Positions 27,403 through 38,627 are shown, counted from the stretch's first letter. The stretch: 64,000 bases of DNA from an uncultured Gammaproteobacteria bacterium (GCA_964344415.1 CAYFMS010000001.1:186620-250619), one strand, 5' to 3'. Numbers and translations are program-made. Notes: generated by a model not told the origin, from the letters alone.

Positions 27403-30246
27403 ATGAATAAAGATAGCATCCGAGTTCGCGGCGCGCGCGTTCACAATTTGAAAAATATTGACGTAGAAATACCGAAAAATAAACTCGTGGTTTTCACTGG
27501 TTTGTCGGGTAGTGGAAAATCATCTATCGCTTTTGACACGGTATATGCGGAAGGTCAGCGCCGTTATATGGAGTCGCTTTCGAGCTATGCTCGGCAATTC
27601 CTTGAAATGCAAGATAAGCCGGATGTCGATTCAATTGATGGTCTTTCTCCAACCATTGCTATTGATCAAAAATCTTCATCACATAATCCACGATCGACTG
27701 TTGGAACGGTCACAGACATTTATGATTATCTACGCGTACTTTTCGCGCGTATTGGGCGCCCGCATAGCTCTGAAACAGGAGAGGTGATAGAGCAGAATGG
27801 CATTGATGATCTCGCAGAGAAAATTCTTGAAGCCATGAAAGCGGGAGAGGTGCTTCTTTTTATTCCAATGGTTGAGAATCAGAAGGGGCAGCATCAGCAT
27901 GTGCTTGTGGCGGCAAAAAATGCTGGTTTCAAAGAGGTCCGATTTGATGGATTGATGATGGAAATCGGCGAAGCGATTGCCATGAAGAAGCAAAAAACAA
28001 AAGAGCATACGATTGAAATACTGGCTGAACGTTTTGATGAGGGGGCGGATGTTCCTATTGAGCGCATGCGCGCTATTTTAGAATCGGCTCTTGATTTGGG
28101 GAATGACAGGCTCATTATGTATCGCGATGATACTGGCGATGAAGTCGACTTGGTGAAAGGTTATGACTTACCGGGTGGAATGAGTATTCCAAAGCCTGAA
28201 CCTCGGCTGTTTTCATTTAATTCTCCGCTCGGTGCATGTCCTGAATGTACGGGGCTTGGCATGCGATTGGTGCTTGAAGAGGATTTGGTCATTCCAAATA
28301 AGCGGTTAACAATCGCGGAAGGTGCGATTAAGCCTTGGACGCGCATTGCTGGGAATCAAACCAGCTATTTTGCTCTACTTGAAAAGGTTGGAAAGAAGCA
28401 TAAATTCAATTTGAATACACCCATTGAGAAATTTACAAAGTCGAAGCTCGAATTGCTACTTCGTGGCACGGGCGATGAATTGTATAAGTTGAAGGGTGAA
28501 GACATTGTCTTTCCTGGAGTTTTGGGAATGCTGGAGCAGAAATACAGAGAAACGAATAGTGATTATGTTCGTAAGGAGCTTGAGGGATATATGCGAAGCA
28601 TGACTTGTCCTTCATGCGAAGGCATGAGACTGCGAAAAGAAGTACTGCTTTTTACGATTGGAGGTTTTAATATAGCTGACGTCGTTCGTCGGCCTCTTGC
28701 TGATGTCCCTGAATTTTTTGAAGAATTGAAAAAGGTGCGAAATGGTAATGGGCTTGGGCTTTCCAAGGCTGAATTAATGGTGATTGACCGTATTTCAAAA
28801 GAAATTCGTGAGCGTGTTGAGCATTTGAATAAGGTCGGCCTTGGGTATTTGACGCTTGATCGTAGTGCGATGTCGCTTTCTGGTGGTGAATCGCAGCGCA
28901 TGCGGCTTGCGACGCAGCTTGGTAGCGCACTTTCTGGCGTTATCTATGTTCTTGATGAGCCGTCGATTGGGCTTCATCCGCGTGATAATCAAAAGTTGAT
29001 CGACACCGTGATGCATCTTCGCGACATGGGGAATTCGGTGATCGTTGTGGAGCATGATGATGAAATGATTAAGCAGGCGGACTATGTTTTTGATGTCGGT
29101 CCTGGTGCTGGTGAATATGGCGGGCAAATTGTTTCCGAAGGGACGCCAAATGACTTGATGAAGGATTCAGATTCATTGACGGGGCAATATTTGGCGGGGA
29201 AGAAGGGGATAAATATCCCAAAGAAAGGTAAGAATGGAAATGGGAAGAAGCTTACTATTGCTGGCGCGACGCAGCATAATTTACAAAATGTCACCGTTGA
29301 TATTCCACTCGGAAAACTTGTTTGTGTCACTGGTGTGTCGGGGAGTGGAAAGTCGACGCTTATTTTAGATATTTTGGGTCGATATCTTTCAAAGCATTTT
29401 TATCGAGCGAAAGCGTATCCCGGAGCGCATAAATCAATTAAGGGGGTGAAGAATATTGATAAAGTTGTTGCCGTTGATCAGTCGCCGATTGGGCGAACGC
29501 CGCGAAGTAACCCTGCAACATATACAGGCGTATTTACGGCAATTCGTGATTTATTTGCTGATGTTCAGGAAGCAAAACTGCGTGGGTTTGAGCCTGGGAA
29601 ATTTAGTTTCAATGTAAAGGGCGGCGGTCGATGTGAGACATGTGCTGGTGAGGGGCAAATTCGTATTGAAATGCAATTCATGCCAGATGTGTATTCTGAT
29701 TGTCCAGATTGTCATGGAACGCGTTATACGCAAGAAGTGCTCGATATTCATTATCGTCAAAAAAATATATCTGATGTTTTGAATATGACGGTTGATGAAG
29801 CGCGTCGATTCTTTGCTGACAGGTCAAATATTTATGACAAATTAAATGTTTTGCATGAAGTTGGACTCGGATATGTGCGGCTTGGCCAAAGCGCGACCAC
29901 GCTTTCGGGTGGGGAAGCGCAGCGAGTAAAGCTCGCGACGGAACTTTCTCGTCGAGCAACTGGAAAAACGCTTTATATTTTAGATGAACCAACAACAGGA
30001 TTACATTTTGAAGATATTGGACGTCTTCTTGGTGTGCTTCATGCGCTCGTTGAGAAGGGAAATACAGTTCTCGTTATCGAGCATAATACTGACATTATGC
30101 GAGCCGCTGATTGGATTATTGATATGGGGCCAGATGGAGGGCAAAAAGGTGGATTAGTTGTCGGCGAGGGGTCACCGAAGGATATTTCCAAGCTTAAAAC
30201 ATTCACAGGAAAGGCCTTGAAAGAAGCAATGAAAGCGCGGAAATAA
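27403..30246 (+). CDS. uvrA: excinuclease ABC subunit A
   Basis: Two ABC ATPase modules ([18 protein letters not shown]), zinc-finger Cys clusters, LSGGE signatures. Confidence 0.95.
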   Translation: MNKDSIRVRGARVHNLKNIDVEIPKNKLVVFTGLSGSGKSSIAFDTVYAEGQRRYMESLSSYARQFLEMQDKPDVDSIDGLSPTIAIDQKSSSHNPRSTVGTVTDIYDYLRVLFARIGRPHSSETGEVIEQNGIDDLAEKILEAMKAGEVLLFIPMVENQKGQHQHVLVAAKNAGFKEVRFDGLMMEIGEAIAMKKQKTKEHTIEILAERFDEGADVPIERMRAILESALDLGNDRLIMYRDDTGDEVDLVKGYDLPGGMSIPKPEPRLFSFNSPLGACPECTGLGMRLVLEEDLVIPNKRLTIAEGAIKPWTRIAGNQTSYFALLEKVGKKHKFNLNTPIEKFTKSKLELLLRGTGDELYKLKGEDIVFPGVLGMLEQKYRETNSDYVRKELEGYMRSMTCPSCEGMRLRKEVLLFTIGGFNIADVVRRPLADVPEFFEELKKVRNGNGLGLSKAELMVIDRISKEIRERVEHLNKVGLGYLTLDRSAMSLSGGESQRMRLATQLGSALSGVIYVLDEPSIGLHPRDNQKLIDTVMHLRDMGNSVIVVEHDDEMIKQADYVFDVGPGAGEYGGQIVSEGTPNDLMKDSDSLTGQYLAGKKGINIPKKGKNGNGKKLTIAGATQHNLQNVTVDIPLGKLVCVTGVSGSGKSTLILDILGRYLSKHFYRAKAYPGAHKSIKGVKNIDKVVAVDQSPIGRTPRSNPATYTGVFTAIRDLFADVQEAKLRGFEPGKFSFNVKGGGRCETCAGEGQIRIEMQFMPDVYSDCPDCHGTRYTQEVLDIHYRQKNISDVLNMTVDEARRFFADRSNIYDKLNVLHEVGLGYVRLGQSATTLSGGEAQRVKLATELSRRATGKTLYILDEPTTGLHFEDIGRLLGVLHALVEKGNTVLVIEHNTDIMRAADWIIDMGPDGGQKGGLVVGEGSPKDISKLKTFTGKALKEAMKARK

Positions 30247-30308
30247 ATTGACTTTTAGTCACCCGACTGATAACATATCGCTTCGTTCTTTAGCGAAGGA
30301 GGTGATGC

Positions 30309-31046
30309 ATGAAGACTGAACTTGAATGGCTTGAGCGTCAACAAATGGCATCTGGTCAATTCCCGACTACGGCCTTGTATGAACCTACGGGGCTTGTGAG
30401 GGATGTGTCCACGATCTGTCCGACCTATTTGATCGTGCTGATGCTTACATTGCTGCGAGACCGTCGGGGTTACTCTGACCCTGTTCTGGATCGCATCGTG
30501 GAGCGCGGCCTCGATTTTCTCGAGGGACGGATGTACACCGATCCAGTGGAGGGTTTTCGTGCCTGGCATTTCAATGCCTTCTATCCGCCGGATTGGGAGG
30601 AAACGTGCTGGTGCTCATACCTTCTCGTGAAATCAGGGCGCATGAATCGTTCAGATTTCGATCCGCTTCGTCGACTTCTCGACGAAAATGCAACGGATAT
30701 GGGGATTGGTGTTTGGTTGAAGGATCCATACACTCCTGGAAACGGTGTGGCGAATGTCTTCGACCCTATCGTGTCGATGTCGATTCAGTATTGGCTTGAT
30801 CGGCTCTACGGTGATCAGATCGAGTCCGTCGATAAGTTTGTAGACTCGGCAATCAAGAATGAGATGGCGTCACTCTATTATGACCGTCATTTTCACGAGT
30901 TCTTCTACTGGATGACGGGACTGCGAAGTGATGTGCCATCTTTGGAGCATGATGACCATATTGTGTTCCACAATGCTCGTAGAAAGCGCTTGAATTACGC
31001 ATCGAAGGAGGTTTGGCGAGTGGCAGAACTACTCGCTTCAACCTGA
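30309..31046 (+). CDS. hypothetical protein with a prenyltransferase/squalene-oxidase-like repeat (alpha/alpha-toroid-like), high-GC gene
   Basis: LEWLERQQMASGQFP resembles a PFTB/QxxxGxW-type repeat; G+C visibly higher than flanks; strong terminator GGGGCC-GATAAAA-GGCCCCTTTTTT at 31047-31073. Confidence 0.45.
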   Translation: MKTELEWLERQQMASGQFPTTALYEPTGLVRDVSTICPTYLIVLMLTLLRDRRGYSDPVLDRIVERGLDFLEGRMYTDPVEGFRAWHFNAFYPPDWEETCWCSYLLVKSGRMNRSDFDPLRRLLDENATDMGIGVWLKDPYTPGNGVANVFDPIVSMSIQYWLDRLYGDQIESVDKFVDSAIKNEMASLYYDRHFHEFFYWMTGLRSDVPSLEHDDHIVFHNARRKRLNYASKEVWRVAELLAST

Positions 31047-31092
31047 GGGGCCGATAAAAGGCCCCTTTTTTAATTAAAAAACGCAGAGTGCA

Positions 31093-31419
31093 TTACTCTG
31101 CGTTACGGTAATACCATGCCTGGAAAATCATGATGCAGGTCGTGAAGAGGCCGATGAGGTCCGTTAGCAAAATGTACCAAGCCTCGCTTGCAATTGAGCA
31201 GGGGACTCGCGAGACATAGACCCCAAGCCAGAGCAGTACGAATGTGATCGGCATTCCGGCCATACCTTCTCGGTAATTCTTCATGATTTGAAGAGGGAAG
31301 CCGATAGCGGAAACGAGCACCGAAAAGACGAGAGTGATCCATTCGAGCGATTCCGTGTAAGGCTGCAAGACGGGGACGAGGTCCAGAAAGAATTGCTGAA
31401 CCAAGTGAATATTTTCCAA
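31093..31419 (-). CDS. small 3-TM membrane protein, PQ-loop/SemiSWEET-like
   Basis: 108 aa; GFPLQIMKNYREGMAGMPITFVLLWL resembles the PQ-loop motif; assignment is tentative. Confidence 0.45.
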   Translation of the reverse strand: MENIHLVQQFFLDLVPVLQPYTESLEWITLVFSVLVSAIGFPLQIMKNYREGMAGMPITFVLLWLGVYVSRVPCSIASEAWYILLTDLIGLFTTCIMIFQAWYYRNAE

Positions 31420-31497
31420 GTTTCCTCCAATTTGGTGGGTGGAATGTATATAATTGGTAGCTTGCAGTCAAATAAAAAAGGGCCTTACGGCCTATTT

Positions 31498-32037
31498 TTA
31501 TTTAATCTCTCTAAGCTTTCGTTTGAAGTCTCCACGGAGATAGCTAAGCTTTGCTCGGCGAACGCGGTATTTCTTCACAACCTCGACTTTATCGATATTT
31601 GGTGAACTGAGTGGGAAGATTTTTTCTACCATCCAACCCTTTGAGTTCTTTCGAACAGTCATGGTTCGCGAAGCCTTACTTCCTCGAGTTCCAATAACCA
31701 ATCCTTCGAATATCTGAACACGCTCTTTTTCCTGACCTTTGCTATTCACGTCTTTAATTTTTTCGTGAACACGTACGAGCATTCCCGTTTCGATATCGTC
31801 ATTTGGAAGCTGTTCAACCTCTACATCCTTGTCAATTTCTTCAGGGATGATTGATTCTTTTGCTGCCTCTTCACGTTCCTGCGCTTCTTCCTCGGTTGTT
31901 TTTACATCCGTATCAGCCGCGGGAGCTTCTGAAGTGGTTTCCTCTGTGGCTTTTGTTTCCTCGGTTGTTGCTTCTACAGTCTCTGGATTGTCTTGCTTGT
32001 CTTCCGGAGCCTGATTTTTCTTTTCTTCTTCTGACAT
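31498..32037 (-). CDS. rplS: 50S ribosomal protein L19 with an N-terminal acidic extension (about 80 aa)
   Basis: C-terminal half GMLVRVHEKIKD...RVQIFEGLVIGTRG...RTMTVRK...KIFPLSSPNIDKVEVVKKYRVRRAKLSYLR is canonical L19; the N-terminus is an E/T/A-rich acidic tail. Confidence 0.85.
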   Translation of the reverse strand: MSEEEKKNQAPEDKQDNPETVEATTEETKATEETTSEAPAADTDVKTTEEEAQEREEAAKESIIPEEIDKDVEVEQLPNDDIETGMLVRVHEKIKDVNSKGQEKERVQIFEGLVIGTRGSKASRTMTVRKNSKGWMVEKIFPLSSPNIDKVEVVKKYRVRRAKLSYLRGDFKRKLREIK

Positions 32038-32141
32038 AATTGTCGTTTACATCGCCGTGCCAGAGGAATATATGAATATATTCATTCGCAGGTTGATTAA
32101 TGCCGAGATGGTAGCGAAAATGGCGGCGGTTGTCAAGGGAC

Positions 32142-32729
32142 TTATATGACTTGAGCAATTGAGATCACGGCCTGTTCATATACTTCATCGATGTCTAGAT
32201 CTGATGTGTCGATATGGACATCGAAATTGTTTTGGTCATATGCATCAATTCCATAATAGTCATGATAACGCTTTTGTTCCGATGCTTTACGCTGTTTATT
32301 TGCATCCATCAGTTGTTCTTTTGATTCATACTGATCGCGCATGTCATTGTTGTCTGACCAAATGCGATTGGCAGCCACTTCATCATTTGCCGCAAGAAAT
32401 ACTCTCACCGTTGGTTCATGAACAAAATGCCACGCTGTTCGACCTTCGAAAATCCCGCGCAGTATCTCTTTTGACTTTTCATGTTGCAGGGCATCCATAT
32501 CTCTATCAACTTGATCGTCCTGTTCGAGTAAAGTGTTGAATTCATCAAGTGTCATATTGCGTTTTGCAGCCTCTTCACGCATAAGTCCGCCTATATAAAT
32601 ACGTGGTAAATCCAGATCCTCTGCTAAATGCTTTGCAAAAGTTGATTTGCCGGCTCCAATATCGCCACTCACCGTTATGCGGAGCGGAGAGGTGTTTTTG
32701 ATCTTCGAAAGAGCTTCATCGAATGTCAT
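32142..32729 (-). CDS. P-loop nucleotide kinase, cytidylate-kinase-like family
   Basis: Walker A ITVSGDIGAGKST; the size and layout fit CMP/AMP-kinase-like folds. Confidence 0.55.
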   Translation of the reverse strand: MTFDEALSKIKNTSPLRITVSGDIGAGKSTFAKHLAEDLDLPRIYIGGLMREEAAKRNMTLDEFNTLLEQDDQVDRDMDALQHEKSKEILRGIFEGRTAWHFVHEPTVRVFLAANDEVAANRIWSDNNDMRDQYESKEQLMDANKQRKASEQKRYHDYYGIDAYDQNNFDVHIDTSDLDIDEVYEQAVISIAQVI

Positions 32730-33640
32730 AATTTTGGAATTTCATTCAAAACGTCCTCGAGTACTTTCGGTAGAGGCGCGGAGAATGTCATTTCTTCATC
32801 GCCGAGTAGGGCAATAGTTAATTCGCGCGCATGCAAAAATAAGCGTCCAATATCGCGAGGCGTTTTTCCTTTAATCCTATAGAGTGTATCTCCAACGACG
32901 GGATGGCCTATTGAAAACATATGAACGCGGATCTGATGCGTGCGCCCTGTTTCAATGCGCACATCAAGTAGCGCATGATGAGGGTATTGTTTCACGATGT
33001 CATAATGCGTAATGGCCGTTTTTCCGCCCTGCGATTCTGGTTTTGCAGCCATGCGCCCCGTTGATTTAGATCGCTCAATTGAAAAATCGATGGTATCCGT
33101 CTGTTTTTCCATTTTTCCCTCAACGAGGACAGAATATTTTTTCGTTGTTTTCCTGTCCTTGAATTGCTGTTTTAGGAATTCGAAACTCTCCTGATTTTTT
33201 GCCGTAATCAAAACTCCAGATGCAAATTTGTCGAGTCGATGAACAATACCGGGTCGCTGCGGATCATCTCCAACTGACGCTATTTCTGGTGCATATGCGA
33301 CAAGTCCATCGACAAGTGTTGGGTCGGTATTGCCGGGCGCGTCATGGACGAGGAGTCCAGCCGGCTTATTCACCACGATCACATCGTCATTTTCAAACAG
33401 AATATTGAGTTCTGGAGGAGTCGTATCTCTTTTCCGCTCCTCAAAAAGCGTGTCATCAATTTCTATTGAATTAAGATGATTCACCTGTGTTTTGACGAGG
33501 GCTTTTTCTCCATTGACGGTGATGAGATCTGATTTTATCGCCTTTTGAATTTTTGTTCTGCTGAGTCCTGTTAACTCTGCGGCGACAGAATCGAGTCGCT
33601 GCAAGTCTTCATTCTTTGGTTGATAGGTTTTCATGACCAA
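32726..33640 (-). CDS. RluA/RluD-family pseudouridine synthase with an S4 domain
   Basis: HRLDKFASGVLI catalytic motif; N-terminal S4-like region. Confidence 0.85.
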   Translation of the reverse strand: MVMKTYQPKNEDLQRLDSVAAELTGLSRTKIQKAIKSDLITVNGEKALVKTQVNHLNSIEIDDTLFEERKRDTTPPELNILFENDDVIVVNKPAGLLVHDAPGNTDPTLVDGLVAYAPEIASVGDDPQRPGIVHRLDKFASGVLITAKNQESFEFLKQQFKDRKTTKKYSVLVEGKMEKQTDTIDFSIERSKSTGRMAAKPESQGGKTAITHYDIVKQYPHHALLDVRIETGRTHQIRVHMFSIGHPVVGDTLYRIKGKTPRDIGRLFLHARELTIALLGDEEMTFSAPLPKVLEDVLNEIPKL

Positions 33641-33670
33641 AGTTTGCCATAAAATGAAGCTGGGGGGAAG

Positions 33671-34417
33671 TTATATGAGCGATAGAATGATGATAAAAAA
33701 TGTTGCCACAAGCCCTAGAACCCAATTTCGCTTTTCTGTTTTCATTTTGTTGGTATAAAACATTTCCATAATAAACGGTATCTGAAGTGGAAGGTAAATG
33801 AGTAAAAACATGACGGCGATGGCGATCATTTGAACGAATAAATTCAGTCCTGAATAACGCGATAGGTCGATATTATGCATCATCATGTCCCAAACAAGTA
33901 TATATGTAAGGCTTATGCCGATGCTGAATATAACTTGCATTGATGCAGTCATCGCCTTTTTGTTTTTTTGTTCGGGCGTCAGAATAAAAGCAAGTAATAG
34001 GATTTCTTTCAGAATGAAAAGTGGGAAGAGTCCCCAAATGACGGTTATTTGTTCTATGTCTGAAAGGGTTTTGATGGCAAATAATGCAAGAATGGCGGCG
34101 ATGAGTATTCTGAGTATTGAAAGGATGGGCAAAATCCCTTTTGATCCAGGGTTTTTGGCGCCAAGTGATCGCACTTTTGCAACCGTTCCAATGGCATCTG
34201 TACTTACTGCTATGATGATGACGAGAAAGAGAATAAAACTCTCGAGGGCTGAGTGATGCATGTCTCCGGCTACATTCAGAATCCATGGCCGAGCAAAAAG
34301 AAAGAGAATCGCAAATATTATTGGCGTTATCCATGTTTCGATATATTGTATTGATTTCCTCTGCATATTTCGATGATATATTGAATTTTCTGCCTTGTGA
34401 TTGTAGTATACTGCCAT
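33671..34417 (-). CDS. polytopic membrane protein, function unknown
   Basis: 248-aa hydrophobic ORF. Confidence 0.5.
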   Translation of the reverse strand: MAVYYNHKAENSIYHRNMQRKSIQYIETWITPIIFAILFLFARPWILNVAGDMHHSALESFILFLVIIIAVSTDAIGTVAKVRSLGAKNPGSKGILPILSILRILIAAILALFAIKTLSDIEQITVIWGLFPLFILKEILLLAFILTPEQKNKKAMTASMQVIFSIGISLTYILVWDMMMHNIDLSRYSGLNLFVQMIAIAVMFLLIYLPLQIPFIMEMFYTNKMKTEKRNWVLGLVATFFIIILSLI

Positions 34418-34433
34418 CGTGGGCTTTTTTCAT

Positions 34434-34510
34434 GCACATATAGCTCAGTTGGTTAGAGCGCCACATTGACATTGTGGAGGTCCCCGGTTCGAATCCAGGT
34501 ATGTGCACCA
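34434..34510 (+). tRNA. tRNA-Val (anticodon GAC), CCA encoded
   Basis: GCACATA TA GCTC-AGTTGGTTA-GAGC G CCACA-TTGACAT-TGTGG AGGTC CCCGG-TTCGAAT-CCAGG TATGTGC A CCA. Confidence 0.9.
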
Positions 34511-34529
34511 GAAAAGAACATGATAGATA

Positions 34530-34715
34530 TTGTTCATGATTTATCTTTCTATATTCATTCTATTATCCTCGGCCTTTTTCTTCATTAAGGGAATGCGTGA
34601 AGGGTCGAAGAGCGATCGAGACATTGCGATTATTCTTTTGATTGTTGGACTTTTTACCGGTTTTTGGGGGATGTTTGCCTTTTCAATTATAACGGAAGCT
34701 GGATATGTTGCCTGA
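34530..34715 (+). CDS. small membrane protein (61 aa, hypothetical)
   Basis: Two hydrophobic segments; weak. Confidence 0.25.
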   Translation: MFMIYLSIFILLSSAFFFIKGMREGSKSDRDIAIILLIVGLFTGFWGMFAFSIITEAGYVA

Positions 34716-35124
34716 GATATTTTTCGTAAGTTTTATTGTCTTTCTTTTTTATTGGATTATCGGCGGAGCTCTCCTTGCGACTGTTTCCTTTATTCGTAAT
34801 GCAAAAATACGGAAGGCGAGATTTGGATGTCTGTACACAATCGCTGCAGCGCTCAGCGCATTTGGTGCTGTTTATAGTGCATCAATTCTTGGAGAGCATG
34901 AGATTGGTACTTGTCTTGCTGGGTCAACGGATTTCTTTCAAGGGCTTGCATCACTACTAGCCTGCGGAATGCTGCCGATTATTGTGATGGTTCTTTCTTG
35001 GTTTGCAGGTCTTGGTTTGATTGGACTATTCCTGATTTATATTTCGAGGTCCCATAATCAGTCTTGGATGGATCGCAAGTATGAAGAAGATGCTGACCTT
35101 GAAATTACCTTTGAAAAGCGCTAA
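34705..35124 (+). CDS. membrane protein (139 aa, hypothetical)
   Basis: Four hydrophobic segments; overlaps the previous small ORF. Confidence 0.35.
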   Translation: MLPEIFFVSFIVFLFYWIIGGALLATVSFIRNAKIRKARFGCLYTIAAALSAFGAVYSASILGEHEIGTCLAGSTDFFQGLASLLACGMLPIIVMVLSWFAGLGLIGLFLIYISRSHNQSWMDRKYEEDADLEITFEKR

Positions 35125-35167
35125 GATGTGCGAACATTTCACTTTTGAGATGTTAGGAAAATATTTA

Positions 35168-35244
35168 GGGCCTGTAGCTCAGCTGGTTAGAGCGCAGAGC
35201 TTATACCTCTGTGGTCGATGGTTCGAGTCCATCCAGGCCCACCA
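35168..35244 (+). tRNA. tRNA-Ile (anticodon UAU, AUA-decoding), CCA encoded
   Basis: GGGCCTG TA GCTC-AGCTGGTTA-GAGC G CAGAG-CTTATAC-CTCTG TGGTC GATGG-TTCGAGT-CCATC CAGGCCC A CCA; perfect cloverleaf with anticodon loop CTTATAC. Confidence 0.85.
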
Positions 35245-35484
35245 CCGAGCTCAGCTCGGTTTCGCCAATGTAAAGTAAAAGCTTAGCTTTTACTTCAGCG
35301 AAACAGTGATATGCTGAGCGAAGGTGATCCAGCTTAGCTGGACATCTCGAGATGAGTTCGGTGGTGCAAAAAAGATTCTGTTGGGATCTTTTTTGATACA
35401 CTAGGCATTTGCGATCTCGGAGTACGGTTTTTTATAAAGTGAACATGCATATTATTTCGAGCATCTTGCTATACTTTCACCAAT

Positions 35485-35784
35485 ATGAACATGCCCGATG
35501 TAAAAACAACTGGACAATTGTGGATTTGGGATGCACAAAAAGGGGCTTGGCATTTTTTAACGCTTGAGAAAACATTGTCGTCAAAAATAAAAGCAGAGCA
35601 GAATTTAAAGCGCGCTGGATTTGGGTCAATAAAAGTTCGTGTCTTTCTCGGCAATTTATCTTGGACAACATCCATTTTTCCAGATAAAAAACGAGGCTAT
35701 GTTTTGCCGGTCAAGGCGAGTATTCGAAAGAAAAAGAATTTGAATGCAGGTGACAAAATCACGGTCGGCATTCAATTCATTTAA
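35485..35784 (+). CDS. DUF1905-like small protein
   Basis: 99 aa; WIWDAQKGAWHFLTL...GYVLPVKASIRKK is a DUF1905-like pattern. Confidence 0.45.
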   Translation: MNMPDVKTTGQLWIWDAQKGAWHFLTLEKTLSSKIKAEQNLKRAGFGSIKVRVFLGNLSWTTSIFPDKKRGYVLPVKASIRKKKNLNAGDKITVGIQFI

Positions 35785-37259
35785 TTTGATGTGATCATCG
35801 ACCGCAATTTTTCAATCGCTTCATTGCGATTTTTTATTTTTCCGGTCAATTGTTCATCGCGTATTGCATCTAGATATGAACGGAAATGAGGTCCGGGTTC
35901 CAAATGTAATTCTTTCAAATCCCTTCCTGAAATGAGATTCGGTAATTTTTCTCCATCACCGGCATGTCGGTAAACATCAAGGAATCGCCCACGTATCCGC
36001 TTCGCTGTTTGTACGCGCTCTCTTGCCACGGAATGTTTGCCGGTCGCAATATAAAATGCTTGCATGAGAAGTAATAAATCCTGTCCACGATCATTGACAA
36101 AAAGACGTTCAAACTCGCTTGGGCGCAGACTTGCCGGATCAACTTGCTCAAACATATGTAAATGTTCTGAGAACCAAAGCACTTGCTTGCAATCAACAAA
36201 GCTTGAATGATCTTTTGAAAATTGATGGAAATGCAAATCGACGCAGATTTTTTGTGCATGCAATCTTTTGTCTTCACCGAGAAAACTCATGAGTCCTGCG
36301 ACAAGGACAGATGGGGAAACCTTGCGTTTTCTGTGGCCATCAAGAAGTGTCGGTTTGGTGAGCAAATGAAGAATATGCTGCGTTTTGTGCAGTGCTGGTT
36401 CATTGTCATGACTTGGTGTCATTTCAAGGTCAACAAGTTGAGGCATGAATAGATGAAGCGCATGTGACTCTGACCACAATTTCAATGTATGAACAGGGTG
36501 GGCAGTGAATCCAAGGAGGAATTCCCGTCCAATCGCTTCGCGAGGCACAGAATATTTGAAAAGTCCTTCATCATCTGTGGTTGTCGAGTTTAAGAGTTCG
36601 ATATTTGCCGCAATGGCCTTCCATGTAAATTCCTCGATTCCGAATCCAAGCTGGCTTGCGAAGCGGAGTCCACGGAGCATGCGTGTTGCATCCTCATAAA
36701 AACGTTGTTCGGGCACAAGAACGGCTTGAATTAGTCCTGCCTGCAAGTCTTTTATTCCAAAAAATGGATCGATAATACGATTATTTTTGATGTCGAATGC
36801 GATAGCATTGATGGTAAAGTCGCGGCGTGCTAAGTCGTCTTGAATGGAGAGGGTATGGTCGAATTTTACATTCATGTCCGTGCGAGCGCTTTTGTGTTCG
36901 GGACCAATATGCTCTGTTCGGGGTAGGGCGATGTCAATTGGCTGCATGCCCCCGCATCCATGTGGAATAAATTTAAATGTTCCAAATCGCCCAACAAATT
37001 CTGCAGCGCCATGACGATTCAGCCAATGTTCAAGATTTGTTGGTTCAATCCCGCGGATGACGATATCGATGTCTTTCGGTTGCTTGCCAAGCAATGCATC
37101 TCGAAGTGTTCCCCCAACGAGATATATTTCCGCTTGAGGAAATTGATCAAAGAGGAGTCCTGACCATGTGAGGCGTTTTTCGCCAACAACAAATTCACCG
37201 GCTCTATGCTCCGGCGATGCACTGCTGTTCATGTATTTCAAGATAAGCCCTCCGTGCAT
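35781..37259 (-). CDS. cca: CCA-adding tRNA nucleotidyltransferase / poly(A) polymerase family (head + HD-like domains)
   Basis: LVGGTLRDALLGKQPKDIDIV nucleotidyltransferase motif. Confidence 0.8.
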   Translation of the reverse strand: MHGGLILKYMNSSASPEHRAGEFVVGEKRLTWSGLLFDQFPQAEIYLVGGTLRDALLGKQPKDIDIVIRGIEPTNLEHWLNRHGAAEFVGRFGTFKFIPHGCGGMQPIDIALPRTEHIGPEHKSARTDMNVKFDHTLSIQDDLARRDFTINAIAFDIKNNRIIDPFFGIKDLQAGLIQAVLVPEQRFYEDATRMLRGLRFASQLGFGIEEFTWKAIAANIELLNSTTTDDEGLFKYSVPREAIGREFLLGFTAHPVHTLKLWSESHALHLFMPQLVDLEMTPSHDNEPALHKTQHILHLLTKPTLLDGHRKRKVSPSVLVAGLMSFLGEDKRLHAQKICVDLHFHQFSKDHSSFVDCKQVLWFSEHLHMFEQVDPASLRPSEFERLFVNDRGQDLLLLMQAFYIATGKHSVARERVQTAKRIRGRFLDVYRHAGDGEKLPNLISGRDLKELHLEPGPHFRSYLDAIRDEQLTGKIKNRNEAIEKLRSMITSN

Positions 37260-37390
37260 GTGTGTATTATAACGTAATGCCTAGTAAGTAGAAAATAGTT
37301 TGTAGTAAGTAGGTTCCTGTTGCGGATGTACGGATTTGGGTGCGAAGGAGATAGAAAGGAAATAGAAAAAGCCACCCTGGCGAGGGAGGC

Positions 37391-38542
37391 TTATTTTTTT
37401 ATCTTTAATTTTTGCTCGAGCTTTTCTTTCAAATGACTGATGACACGTCTTTCAACCTCGACAATGTCATCTTCTTTGACATGTAAAATGCTTTGCTCGC
37501 GTGTACCGACGCCCGAAAAGGCGGCTCCGAGTTCAATGGCGTCATAAGGGCGTTCGGCGTGGAGCAGAACGTCAACTCTATCGTCGACTTCATAAAAAAT
37601 GGCAACAATTTTTGATTGTGGTGATGTCGAAATGAGTTCATCAACAATGCTCTCAAGTGCCTCAATATTTGCACCCGCAGCAGAAAAATCTTTTTTCGTT
37701 AGCATGGTCCATACAAGACCGAGCCCATTGTCAGATTTCAAACGCGCAAGGGCTCGCCCCCATAATCTGAGTGTTTCAACAGACTTTGTTTTATATAAAT
37801 TCTGAACGATTAAATCCCTGTCTGCGCCAGATTCAATAAGACTGCTTGCCACCTGCAATGTCCGCGGTGAAACCTGCATCGCCTTAAAACTATTTGTTTT
37901 GAAAACCATTCCTGTCAAAAGAAGGGTAGACATATCATCATCGAGAAGACTTTTATCGATGCTGCAGAAAATGTCATGACAAACCTCGGTTGTTGAAACT
38001 GCATTAATATCAACAAGGTTGATTTGTCCATGATGCTCATTGTCACTACGATGATCGATATTAATAATCGGCGTTGTAAAGAAAAAGTCAGGATATTGCT
38101 TATATAGTTCGCCAACTTGTTCCAGATCGCGTACACCGATTGTAATCACGAGGTCATATTTGTATGCACTTGTACTTACTTTTACGTCGTCCTCATGCCA
38201 CATTCCCGTTTTTGGAATAAGATTGATTGTGAGCTCCCCATCTTTGTCGTCATAAGATAATTCATCGATTTTCGCGTCAGACGTTTTAAGTGTAATGCTC
38301 ATTTTTCTTATTGCACCAAAGTCACCATGAACGGGGAATGTCTTCTTGAGAAATGCAAGGTGATTTGGCATGCGTCCGCCTGTTGTTCCAATCTCCGGCT
38401 GCTTGCCCATCTTTTCAAGAACGGCAGCAATAGCAAAAGCACTCGCAAAATCATCAATATCGGCCATTTCGGTTAATACGATGACGGGACGAGTGCTACG
38501 TTCGAGCGCTCCAATGAATTGTTCAGCAATCGGTAAAGACAT
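37391..38542 (-). CDS. DHH/DHHA1 family phosphoesterase (second NrnA-like paralogue)
   Basis: DHHA1-like C-terminal region; the DHH motif is degenerate (IDHRSD). Confidence 0.65.
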   Translation of the reverse strand: MSLPIAEQFIGALERSTRPVIVLTEMADIDDFASAFAIAAVLEKMGKQPEIGTTGGRMPNHLAFLKKTFPVHGDFGAIRKMSITLKTSDAKIDELSYDDKDGELTINLIPKTGMWHEDDVKVSTSAYKYDLVITIGVRDLEQVGELYKQYPDFFFTTPIINIDHRSDNEHHGQINLVDINAVSTTEVCHDIFCSIDKSLLDDDMSTLLLTGMVFKTNSFKAMQVSPRTLQVASSLIESGADRDLIVQNLYKTKSVETLRLWGRALARLKSDNGLGLVWTMLTKKDFSAAGANIEALESIVDELISTSPQSKIVAIFYEVDDRVDVLLHAERPYDAIELGAAFSGVGTREQSILHVKEDDIVEVERRVISHLKEKLEQKLKIKK

Positions 38543-38627
38543 TTGAATCGTAAATAGTTGAGTAGCTTACTGATAGCTTGCTCGAATGTCAATAGGGGAT
38601 TGATTCAAAAGCAGAACTTAGCTAACA

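Noticed and set aside
33873-34508. 211-aa minus-strand ORF
   Set aside because: It overlaps tRNA-Val and is antisense to the membrane-protein gene 33671-34417
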